This document shows positions 30,220-42,299 of a stretch of DNA of 64,000 nt, piece after piece. A program made the translations under genes and the position numbers. Every line of letters starts with the position of its first letter. The stretch's first letter is position 1. The stretch comes from the human T2T-CHM13v2.0 reference genome, Homo sapiens. Below the pieces are notes generated by a model, which saw nothing but the letters and a program-made list of their open reading frames with translations, had not been told where the DNA came from and did no database searches. Where the stretch lies: NCBI GenBank assembly GCA_009914755.4, contig CP086569.2, positions 21,920,001 to 21,984,000 of the forward strand, in the 5' to 3' direction.

Positions 30220-33200
30220 CAACATCTGGCCCACATATGGTATTCTTATAGATCACTGGACAGAGCACCTAGAATATATGACTGTATTCTACATTGGTGC
30301 TATTCACAGACGGCATTTTTATATATTGATGAGCACCACACCCAGATTATGTGACTCTCCTGCCTGTTCTCTGTACACATGGGCCAGTGTGACATATTGC
30401 TAGGTTCAACTTCCAGGTAATGTAATTCTGCTCCCTGGTTCTGCCTACAGGGGATATTGAAAGATGTGTCACCCACCAAGTTAGTGATGTGACGTTCTTT
30501 TTTCTGCCTGGTTCCTGCTTAGACTGGAGATTTTCATTTACTGCTGAACCTAGAATCTAGATGATGTGATTCTTCTATTCTTTATAGGTTCTGTCCCCAA
30601 AGAAGATTGTGACATACTGACAACACCAAGGTGATTACTGTTTTGTCTTGGCCCTTCCCTTAGAAGGCATTGTTACATATTGCTGGCCACGTAAGCAAAA
30701 TGATATGAGCCCCTTTCTAGACAATGCACACATGTGACATTTTAACATACCTCTAGGCACATCAACTATTTGATGTGACTCTCCCCTCTTATCTAGGCTT
30801 TGCCCATAGTTGTGATTGTGACATATTTATGGACCCAGCATCTAGTTAACATGACTCTCCACTCCAGCATAAGCCGTGTTCACAAAAGAAACATCACTGA
30901 GCTCAGCACACAGGTGATGTGACTCCTCTGCCTGGTTCTGGATCACAGAAGTCATGACCTATCTTTGGGCCAATAACCTACAAGATATGACCCCTTGCTT
31001 CTTTCTGGGGCCTCTTCATAGTGGAGTTTGTAACATACTGGTTGATGTAATATCGACATAATGTGACTCTCCTCTTATGCCTGGGCCATGCCCACTATGG
31101 TGATTGTGGCATACATTTGGACCCAGCCACTAAGTTATGTGATTCTTTTTTTTCTCTTCGAGCCCAACCCACAAAAGCCACTGTGACATATCTCTGAGAC
31201 TCTCACATACATGATGTGACTTTCTCACCTGGATTCTCCCTTCATGGGGTATTGTGACATATTGCTGGACCCGACACCTAGATGATGTGACTCTCCTATA
31301 TAACTTGGGCCCCACATTCATTGTGTATTTTGACATATTCCTGGGACTTATCCCTAGGTGGTGCAACCTTATTGCATGGGTGTGGTTCACAGAGATATTA
31401 TGATATATCACTGTGGCTCTCCTCTCTTATCTGTGCTGACTAAAAAAAGGAATTGTGACATACAAGTAAACCCAGCACCTAGATGTGACTCTCCTGTTTT
31501 ACTTGGATCATGTATATTTTGCATATTGTGTCATATTGCTATACTAGACACTTTGGGAATGGGAGGCTCTTTCCTGAGCCCTGTGACATATCTCTGCATT
31601 CATGACTTAGGTTATGTGACTCACCTTTTCTACATTCACCATATCCACAGGAAATATTGTCACATTTTGTTGGGTCCAGCAACCAAGTAATTTGTCTCTC
31701 CTGCTTTTGTCCTGTTTTCAGAAAAGGTTTGTAAAATATTCTTGTCTGAGCACCCAGAAGATATAACTCTCCTTGCTGGTCCCTGTCCTAAGCAAAAATT
31801 GTAACATATCCCTGGCCCAGCGCCTAGAGAGCGTGACTCACCTGAGATTGTAAGATATACCTCAACACAGGTAAAATGATGACTCTCAAGCCTTGAACCA
31901 TCAAAAACAAGAGACACTGTCTCTCATGGCAAGGCTTAGGGATACACTAATTTGTGTACAAAACTCATAGGGGATTACTACTCTCTCATATATCACGTAA
32001 ATCCCTTGTGTAGTGCAGAGAGTAACCAGATGCAACACACAGGTAAGAGCTCATTTCTTATATGCCCACTCTGCCTACTGTTAGAATTACTGACCCACAA
32101 ATGGACACAGCTCATAGGTGAGGTCATAAATCTCACATGTAGGTGCAGTCCAAGGGGGAAATTGCAACTATCATGTGTGTACATTTGTCTACTTTTGTGG
32201 TGAATCATTTCTAAAACCAGTTTATAAAAATGTGAGGAAATGTGAGGAAATGTGTGGACTCTCAAATCCAGATGCAGTAAATGGAAACGATGTTGACTGT
32301 CATAATCGGTATTAGAGCCACAGGTATAACCATGGATGCACATAAGCACAAACGTCCCAGAGTAGATTGGAATAATTATGCATATTCCATAAACCCCTTG
32401 AGTGGTACAAAGAGTGTCTTAATAGAAACCAGTGAAAAAGTAAAGAGTGTGATACTTGTATGCACAGCCACCAGACTGTAAAGATTGTCATCTTTTCAGG
32501 TGAACACAGCTCACTATTGAGGTTTGAATCTCATATCCAGGGAAACTGAAAGTTGCAAAATTGACTCCCATAAGTAGATTTGGTCCACAGGTGTGTTGGT
32601 GACTCTTAGACAAATATTCAGCACTGCTGTGAGGTTGTGACTCCAATAAGGGGAAACAGTGCACAGGTGAGATTGTGGTTCACATGCATGAATCCAGTCC
32701 ATCGTCCAGTTTGTGATTTGTGTACTTACAGCCGACATACAGGAGGTGTTGACTCTCATACTTCAAACCAGGACATGTGTGGGATTTTAAAAATCTTATC
32801 ATTAAACCTTCCTGCAGGTATGATAGTGACATGTGCTTTTCCCCAGCACCTGAGTAATTTGACTCTTCTGTCTGGGCTCCACCCACAGATGAGTTTGTGT
32901 CATATCACAGGATGCAGCATCCAGGTGATATGACTCTAGTCTCCTGCCTTAGCACTATTTAAGGGGGCATTGTAAACTATCACTTGGCTTTGCACGCAGG
33001 TGATGTGCCTTGGTACTGACCATGTAAGTCATTGTGACATGCACCCAAAGTATATGATGCTCTTGCCCGAGCCTTGCCAACAGAAACCATTTTGATGCAT
33101 TTCTGGGTCCAACATCCAGGTTATGTAACTCTCCTTCCTTGGTCCTGCATACTGGCAGCATTGCTCCACACCTCTGCATGCATCCCTAGGTGCTGTGACC

Positions 33201-35139
33201 CTTTTCTCCTAAATGGTTCCTGACTGTCCTCAGTGGGTCAGTTACATATCAGTGAACCCAACATCTAGCTTATGTGATTCTTTTATTTTTCCTAGCTTCT
33301 GCTCTTAGTGGAGATTGTGACACATCACTGAGACAAATCCCAATGTGATCTCAAACTTTTACCATGGCCCTGTCCTTAGAAAACACTGTGACATATTGCT
33401 GGGCCCAGCACTAAGCTAATGTGTATCCAGGCTGGATCCTGCCAACAGGGGCCATTGTGATATATATTTGGGCTCATCAATATTTGATGTGATTTTTCTC
33501 TCTAACCTGGGCTTGCCCATTAGCGAGATTGTGACATTTTTCTGGGCACAACATTTAGGCAACCTGATTCTCCATGCTTGCCTGGGTTCTGCCCACAAAC
33601 AAAAGAGTGACTTATTACTGAGCCTACTACAAACATGATGTGATTCTTCTGCTCTGCGTACAGGGGTTAGTGTGAAATCCCTCTGTGCACATCACCTAAT
33701 TAATGTGACTCTCTTCTTCTGCCTTGAAACTGTCCACAGTGGAGATTCTGACATACCACTTAATTCAGCACCTAAGTGATGTGATCTTCTTCTCATGTCT
33801 AGGCTCCACTCGCAGAAGTAATTGTGATATATATCTTGCCCCAGACTCTAGGCTATGTGACTCTCCTTTCCTTCCTGAGTCCCACTTACATGGAAGATTG
33901 TCATATGTCTCTGGGCCTCTCACTTTTGTGATGTGACTGTTTTACCTGATCCCTTTTCTTAGGAGGTATTGTGACATATTGCTGGACCCAGCACCTAGGT
34001 GACAAGATCTGCTCTACTGCTTGAGCTCACCTACAAGAGGAATTGTGATGTATCCTTTGTGACAATACCTAGGAATTGTTACTCTTCTCCCAGGCCTGGG
34101 CCCTTAATATATTGTGTATTTCAATGTCTCACAGGGTCCCACACATAAAAGATGTGATTTCCTGCATAGGCCATAATCACAAGATTGTATGATATATCAT
34201 TTCATTTATTACCTAGGTGATGTGACTCTTCCCTTTTACATGCATCCTGCAAAAGGGAGGATTGTGACACAATGTTGAATCCAGCACTTAGTTCATGTTT
34301 CTCTCCTCTTCTGTCTGGGCCTCATATACTTTGGGAATTGTGACATATTGTTATGCTTAACACCTAGCAGATAAGGTGTTTCCACATGGGCCATGCTCAC
34401 AGAGCACCTGTGACCTACTTCTGCATTTTTCACCTAGGTTATGTGATGCTCCACTTCTGTCTGCACCCTGTCCACAGAAAGATTGTGACATATGGCCTGA
34501 CCAAGCAACAAGGTGTTGTGATTGTGTTGCCTGAATTCTACTTACAGGGGAAATTGTGAAATATTTCTGGGCTCAGTATAAAAAGGTGTTCTGTATTCAA
34601 AAGGGGATTGTAACATATTCCTGGCCAAGCTCTCAGGTGATGACTCTCCTGCATGGTCTATGCACTCAGGGAAAATTGTGACATATTCCTGGACTAGCAC
34701 CCAGGTGATGAGACTCTCCTTCTTACTCTCAACCCAAAGGCAGAATTTTGTTCTGTACATAGGCCCAGCTCACAAGTATAATAATGACTGTCATATCTCA
34801 AATTAGTTGATTGAAGTGACACCATCTCATTTCAGCTAGACCGAAAGTGGGTAAGGTCCTGACTCTCCTCTTTTTAGGAAGGTCATAGAGGGTTATCATT
34901 GTCTTGCATATTGCATAAAGCTCTTGAGTCATACACAGACTGTCATAACAGTGCCCAGTACACAGGTGAGATTGTGTTTATTCTATGCACATTCTACTAG
35001 CTGTCCAAGTTGTCAAACTTTTGCATGGGCAAAACCCACTTCTGAGGTCCTGAATCTGACAAGCAGATCCAGTCCACAGTTGGAAATGAGACAATCATAT
35101 ATAAAAATTAGGCAAGAGTTGAGATGCTGACTCATCTTT

Positions 35140-35466
35140 TTTGCTTGCTTGTTTGTTTGTTTGTTGTTTGAGATGGAATCTCACTCTGTCTCCCAGGCCG
35201 GTGTGCAGAGGTGTGATTTTGGCTCACTGTAACCTCCTCCTCCTGGGTTCAAGTGATTCTTCTGCATCAGCCTCCTGAGTAGCTGGGACTACAGGGACCT
35301 GCGACCACACCTGCCTTTTTTTTTTTTTTTTTTTTTTTTTTGTATTTTTACTGATAAAGAGTTTCATCATGTTAGTCAGGATGGTCTTGATCTCCTGACC
35401 TTGTGATCTGCCCGCCTTGGCCTCCCAAAGTGCTGGGACTACAGGCATGTGCCACCTCACCTGGCC
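35140..35466 (-). mobile_element. Alu SINE (minus) inserted in beta satellite
   Basis: gtttgagatggaatctcactctgtctcccaggccggtgtgcag ... internal poly-T of about 28 nt ... cctcccaaagtgctgggactacaggcatgtgccacctcacctggccc. Confidence 0.85.
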
Positions 35467-36315
35467 CAGTGGTGATTTATTTTTAAACTCATATTATAGG
35501 CACCCTGAGAATTCTCATATCTGGACCTGGTCAATTACAGAGATGGTGACTTTTGTACCTCTGGTTAAAGTCACAATTAAGATTATGAGGCCATACGTGC
35601 ATGAAGATCTTAGAGCAAATTGTGACTGTCATGCATACATTATAAAGCCTTATGGTGCTAAAGAGAATGTCCTAACAGGGCCCAGCAAACAGGTTATGCT
35701 GTGACTCTCATATGCACACTCAGTCAACAGTTAATTTTTTTCACATGAACTCAGTTCGCTGTTGAGGTTCTGAATCTTACACCCAAAGGCAGATGAAAAT
35801 TGGAAAACTGACTCTCAACAATGGGTCTTATCCACAGGTTGGTTGGTGATGCTCAAGTTGAGATTCAGCACTCCTGTGAGAAAACACAGTGACAGTAGGG
35901 ATAGAGGCTCGTAGGCATGGATTCAGCCCACCACTGAGATTGAGACTCGTGTACTTAGTCTCAACATACGGGAAGTGTGGACTCTCATACCTAGAACTGG
36001 GAAATAGGGGAAATTGTTAATTTCATCTTAGGACAAATTGCTGGGCCAAGAATTAAGGTGATGTAAGTCTCCTGCTTAAACCCTATCCACAGGGAGCATA
36101 TCACCTCTGGGCCCATCTAGTTTTTGATGTAACTCTTCTCTCTGATATGGAATTTGCCCATTGGAGAAATTGTGACATATGTTTTTGCCTAGCTTACAGA
36201 TAATGTCATTCTTTTTTTTTCAGTCCTACCTACAGGGTAGGTAGGACATAATAGTGACATATCTCTATTATGTTACCTAGCTGAAGTGACTCTCCTCTTC
36301 TGTCTGGACCCTTTC

Positions 36316-36700
36316 CACAGTGGGAATTGTGTATTAGCCCATTTTCACACTGCAGATAAAGACATACCTGAGACAGGGCAATTTATGACAGAAAGAGGTT
36401 TAATGGACTGACAATTCCACGTGGCTGGGGAAGTCTCATGATCATGATGGAAGGTGAAAGGCACATCTTCCATGGCATCAGACAAGAGAAAAGGATTTGT
36501 GCATGGAAACTCCCCTTTATAAAATCATCAGATGCCATTAGATTTATTCACTATCATGAGAATAGCGTGGGAAATACGTCTTCTCGTGATTCAATTATCT
36601 CCCACTGGGTCCTTCTGACAGCATGTGGGAATTATAGGAGCCACAATTCAAGATGAGATTTGGGTGGGGACACAGAAAAACCATATCAGATTGTGACATA
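36316..36700 (-). mobile_element. MaLR LTR (THE1-like) inserted in beta satellite
   Basis: gtattagcccattttcacactgcagataaagacatacctgagacagggcaatttatgacagaaagaggtttaatggactgacaattccacgtggctgggg ... gatttgggtggggacacagaaaaaccatatca. This is the reverse complement of the THE1 consensus that begins TGATATGGTTTGGCTGTGTCCCCACCCAAATCTCATCTTGAATTGT (from memory). Confidence 0.7.
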
Positions 36701-38702
36701 TCACTTGTAGAATCACCTAAGTATTATGACTCTCTTCTCCTGCCTGGGTCCTCCCTGGGCCATGCACACAGGTGTCCTTGTACATATCTTTGCATCCATC
36801 AACTATTTGATGTGACTTTCTTTTTTCTTCTTACACCCTTCCAACAGGGAAGATTGTGGCATATCACTGAATCAAGCAACCAAGTGATGTGACTCTCCTG
36901 CCTGAACCTTGACAACAGAAGTTATTGTCACATGTCACTGGACCCACCATTCAGGTGATAAAACTCTTCTGCCTGGTATCTGTTTTCAGAGAAGCTGGTG
37001 ACGTATTCCTGGACAAGCATCTAGGTGATGTAATGCTCTTGCTCATTTTCCACCCATAGATGGGATTGTGACAAATATCTTGACCCAGCTGACAGGTGTA
37101 ATAATGACTCTCATAGCTCAAACGAGCCAATAATAGAGATACTTTATCTTATAGTTAAGCTTAAGGAACTGATAAGATTCTGGGTCTCTTCCCTTTTAAA
37201 AAATGCCACAAATGATTACCACTCTTTCAGATATGGTATAACACCCTTAGGTGGTACAGAGAGTTTTCTAACAGGGCGTAACAAATAGGTTAAATTATGA
37301 CTTACAGGCACACTCAACAGACAGTGAAGATGACAGTAAAGATTATCATTTCCTCACATGAATAGAGCCAATGCTTGAGGTTCTGAATCTTACGCCTGAA
37401 GGCAGATGAAAGTTGCAAAAGTGATTCCCATATTTAGATAAAGTCCACAAGTGGGCTGGGGACTCTCAGACAAAAATTAAGTATACCTTTGAGTCTGTGA
37501 CTTCATTAGGGAAACACAATGTGCATGATGGATTGAGGCTCTCATACACAAATCAAGTCCACTATTAAGATTGTGATTCATGTTCTTGGAACCAATATAC
37601 ATAAAGTATTGACTCTCATATCTAGAAACAGGGCACTTGGAAGATTACTAATCTCATCTCTAAACACTTGTAAAGGTCATTGTGACATATACTTCTGTTT
37701 AGCACTTAAGGGATTTGATTCTTCTGCCTGGGCCCATCCCACATATGGGATTATGAAATACTACTGTACCCAGCACCTAGGTTATATGAGTCTATTATTG
37801 GTGTTGCCTACAGAGGGTATTGTGACATATAACTTGACCTTGCACCCAGGTGATGTAACTATCCTCTTATGCCTTGTTTCTGCCAACAGAGAGCATTGTA
37901 ATATATTGCTGGGCATCACATTCAGGTTATGTGACTTTCTTGCCTTGACCCTGTCCACAGAGGCTGTTGTGAAATATTGCTGGGTCTAACACCCAGGTGA
38001 TGTACCATTTTTCTTTGTTACCAACTACAGGAGGCATTGTGAAACATATATGTGCTCATCACCCAGGTTATATGACTCTCTTCTTTTGACTGAACCATGG
38101 TCACAGTGAGAATTGTGACATATCACTGGGCCCAGCACCAAGCTAACATGATTCCTCCCTTCTAGATCCTGCTCACAGGGGAGAATTTTGACATTTTCTT
38201 GGGCCAGACATCTAGGGTAATTTACTGTTTTTTTGTGGTGCTGTGTGGCTATGTCTTCCAAAAACATTATGACATATTGCTGAGCCCAGCACTAAGGTGT
38301 TGTGAATATCCACCCTGGACCTTGCTGACAGAAGGCATTTTGATATCTCTCTGGACCCATCAGTATGTGATGTGAATCTACTGTCTGATCTGGGTTTTGA
38401 TCATTGGATACTTTGTTTTATATTCTTTGTTCCAGAACCTAGGTGATGGGACTCTCCTCTTCTGTGTGGATCCTGCCCACAGAAGAAACAGTAACTTACC
38501 TCTTGGCCCAGGACACAGGTGACGTGATACTTCTGCCGGGGTCTTGCACACAGGGTACATTGTAAAATATCTATAGGCCCAACACCTAGTTCAAGTGACT
38601 TTCTTGTGCCTGAGCCCTGTTTACAGATGTAATTGTCATATTTTTCTCTGGCCAGCACCTTAGTAATGTGACTCTCCACTCATGCCTGGGCCCTGCCGAA
38701 AG

Positions 38703-39082
38703 GGCTGAATGAGACTGTATTAGCTGTTCTCACATTGCTATAAGGATGGTACCAGAGATTCACTAATATATAAAAGAAAGAGGTTTAATTGACTCACAGT
38801 TCTGCATGTCTGGGGAGGCCTCAGAAAACTTATAATCATGGCAGAAAAGGGAAAGATATATATTAAATGGCAGCAGATGGCACACACTGAGTGTGTTTCT
38901 GTACAGAAAAAAAACTGCCACTTATAAAACCATCAGATCTCATGAGAATTTACTCACTATCATGAGAACAGCATGGGGAAAACTGTCCCCATAATCCAAT
39001 CACTTCCCACCAGATCTCTCCCTAAACACCTAGGCATTAAAATTCAAAATGAGATTTGGGTAGAGACAAAAAGCCTAACCAT
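38703..39082 (-). mobile_element. MaLR LTR (THE1/MST-like, a different copy or subfamily from 36316-36700) inserted in beta satellite
   Basis: gtattagctgttctcacattgctataagg...aaagaggtttaattgactcacagttctgcatgtctggggaggcctcagaaaacttataatcatggcagaa ... gagatttgggtagagacaaaaagcctaaccatatca. Confidence 0.6.
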
Positions 39083-41224
39083 ATCAGAGACATATAGCTA
39101 GGCCCAGCACCTAAGTTATGTGACTCTTCCCTTCTTCTTGAGCCCAATCCACTAGGTGCATTATGATATATCTCTGGGCTCCTCACCTAAGTGACTCTCA
39201 GGTTTTATTGTGATATATTGCTGGACTCAGGACTTAGGTAATGTGACTCTCTTCTAATGTTTATGCTTTGCACACAAAAGAAATGTGATGTATCATAGAG
39301 CCCAGTACCTAGGTTATGTTGCTCTCCTCAACTGCCTAAGTCTTTTATACATTGTGTATGGTGAACTACGGCTGAGCCCAGCACCTAGGTAATGTGACTC
39401 TTCTGCATGGGTTCTTCCCACTGAAGTATTAGACATTTTTCTTCACTAAATAGGTTACATGACTCTGTTTTTCTGCTTGGAGGATACAAAGAAGATATTT
39501 TGACATATTACTGGACCCAGAACCTAGGTAGTATGACTCTTCTTTTGTTTAGGCATATATACTTCTGATATTGTGACATATTGCTGAACTCAACATCTAG
39601 AAGATGAAATGCTTCTGCCTAGCCTCCGTTCATATAAGGTCTTATGACATATCTCTGGGCCCATTACTAGGTGGTATCACTCTCTCTTCAGCCTGCATTC
39701 TGCACACAAAAGAATTTGGGAAATATTGCTGGCCCTAGCAGCCAGATGATTTGACTCTTCTTCCTGGCTGTGTACACAGGAATAATTATGACACATTTTT
39801 TTTGGTCCAACACTGTAGTGGTAACTCTTTTCCTTGGTTCTGCTTACAGGTGGCATTGTGACACTCCTGTGCACCCAGCACTCAGGTGATGGTAATGTAA
39901 CTTTCTTCTCCTGACTAACTTCTGTTCCAAAAAATGTGTGACATATCACTGGGCCCAACACCTAGCAAGTGTGACTCTTCACATCTTTCTAGGTTCCACC
40001 TGCAGGAAAAAATTGTAACACCAAAGCAATGTTACTCTTTTGCGTTGCCCCTGCACTCAGAAGATATTGTGATATATTATGGAGCACAGAATCCAGGTGA
40101 TGTAGCTCTTGCTGGGCCTTATCCAAAGGGGGCATTGGGACATATGGTTGGACCCACCACCCAGGTATTGTAATTTTACTGTCTTGGTGATGTGGCTTTT
40201 CTCTTTTGCCTGGGCCTCTTTCTCAGGGATAAATGTGACATATTGCTTGGCCCAGGAACCAGGATATGTGACCCTTCTCTTTTGGCCCTGCCTGCAGGGA
40301 ACATTGTGACATATCTCTGAATCCATCACATAGCCGACATGAATATCCTCTTCTGCTTGAGCTCTTCCCCAACTGGGGATATTAATATATCACTGCATCA
40401 AGTACCTTTATGATATCCCTCTCCTTTTCTGCTTTGGCTTTGCTTACGGGGAACATTGTGAAGTACTGATAGGTCCAAAGGCCAGATGATGTATCTGTTC
40501 TCTTCTGCCAGGACCTTACACACTGAGGGCATCATGACATGACCCTGAACCCATCACCTAGGTGGAGTAAATCTCCTGCCTTGGCCCTCCCCTCAAGAGA
40601 TATTTTACATGTTGCCAAACCAAGCACCTAGGTGATGTGACTTTTCCCTTCTGTGTGCGTCCTGTCAACAGTGTGTATTCTACCATAAGTTGACCCTGCA
40701 CCTAGGTGATGTGACTCTTCTCTTTTGGCTAGACCCTGACAACAGTGAGCATTGTGACATATTGCTGGATGCTACATGATACCTACATGATGAGACTCTT
40801 ATGCCTGGGCCCTGTCCTCAGGAGATACTATGACCTATTAATTGACCCAGTACCTAGGTGATTTGACTGTCCTGCCTTTGCTCTGCTTTGAGGGAAGATT
40901 GTGACTTATTTCTAAGCCTAATCTCTAGATAATGTGACTCTCCTTTTCTGTCTGGGATCTTTTCCACAGGGGGCATATTGACATATTGCTGGACCTAGCA
41001 TCAAAGTAATCTCACTTGTCCACTTGAGTCCTGCCCACAGGGCTGATATTTTCCATATTCCTTGTTAAGCACCCAGATGATATGACTCTTTTACCTGCTT
41101 ATAGGTGGGATTGTGACATATACCATGGCTCACTCCATAGGTGCTATGATGACTGTTGTACCTGGCCTCAGCCAGTGGGAGAGAAGTTGACTCTTGTCAC
41201 TAGTCTCAGAGAAGCAGGTTAGAT

Positions 41225-41290
41225 TTAAGGGTAGGGATAGGGTTAGGGTTATACTTAGAATTAGAATTAGGGTTAGTGTTAGGCAGGGCT
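41225..41290 (+). repeat. Short degenerate telomere-like (TTAGGG)n stretch
   Basis: gggtagggatagggttagggttatacttagaattagaattagggttagtgttagg. It contains several exact ttaggg / tagggt units and near-variants. Confidence 0.5.
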
Positions 41291-41604
41291 CAAAGAAGAG
41301 AGTCTTATCACAGAGGATTATGACATTTCTGCATGTCATATAAAGCCTTCACGTGGCACAGAGAGTGTCATAAAATGACGGGTGATATGAATCTTCCATC
41401 TGTGCTCTCTTCCCAGGGAGTATTTTGACATATTGCTTGAACCAACAGTATGAGAGTCAACATACCCTGATTCTGGTAGGAGAGTCCTAACCTTCTTGTG
41501 AGCTGGATGTAGAAATAAGTAACGACTGTCATCCTTTCACAAAAATACAGCCTACCATTAAGGTTTTTATTCTCACATGTGGAGGCTGTCAAAAGTGAAA
41601 AATT

Positions 41605-41942
41605 GGCTGGGCGTCATGGCTTATGCCTGTAATCCCAGCACTCTGAGAGGCCTAGGCAGGTGGATCACTTGAGATCAGGTGTTCAAAATGAACCTGACCA
41701 ACATGGTGAAACCCCATCTTTACTGTAAAAATACAAAAATTCACCAGTCATGGTGGTGAGTGCCTATGATCACAGCTACTCAGGAAGCTGAGGCAGAAAA
41801 ATCACTTGAACTGAGATAGTGGAGAATCACTTGAACTGAGATAGTGGATGTTGCAGTGAGCTGAGATCCCAACGCTGCTCTCCAGTCTGGCAACAGAGCA
41901 AGACTCCATCTAAAAAAAATAAAAAATAAAAAAAAAAATAAA
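41605..41942 (+). mobile_element. Alu SINE (plus) with a 24-bp internal tandem duplication and an A-rich tail
   Basis: ggctgggcgtcatggcttatgcctgtaatcccagcactctgagaggcc ... aatcacttgaactgagatagtgga occurs twice in tandem ... ctccatctaaaaaaaataaaaaataaaaaaaaaataaag. Confidence 0.9.
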
Positions 41943-42299
41943 GTTGAAAATTGTGTCTCGTATGTGGGTCTGGTCCACATCAGCATTGCTGATGCTCAGA
42001 CCAAGATTCAGCCCACCTGTGAGGCTACTACTTTACCAAGGGACAGTCAACAGAAAGGATTGAGTGAGGCTTTCATGCACAGATCCTGTCTACCACTGAC
42101 GTTGTGACTAATGTACTTACACCCAACTTAAAGGAGAAAATTACTGTCATATCCAGAACCTGGACATAGGCAGGTTTGTTAATCTAATCCCTAGACCTTC
42201 CTGGAAGTGTGATTGTGGTATACAACTTCCCCCATAACTTGAGTGCTTTGATTATCTTGCCTTGGCCTAGCCAATAGATGGGACTGTAACATGTCAATG

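Noticed and set aside
36316-39082. Single intact MaLR (THE1) retrotransposon with two LTRs
   Set aside because: The 2.0 kb between the two LTRs is beta satellite, not MaLR internal sequence. The two LTRs differ strongly, THE1-like versus MST-like, so they are separate solo LTRs.
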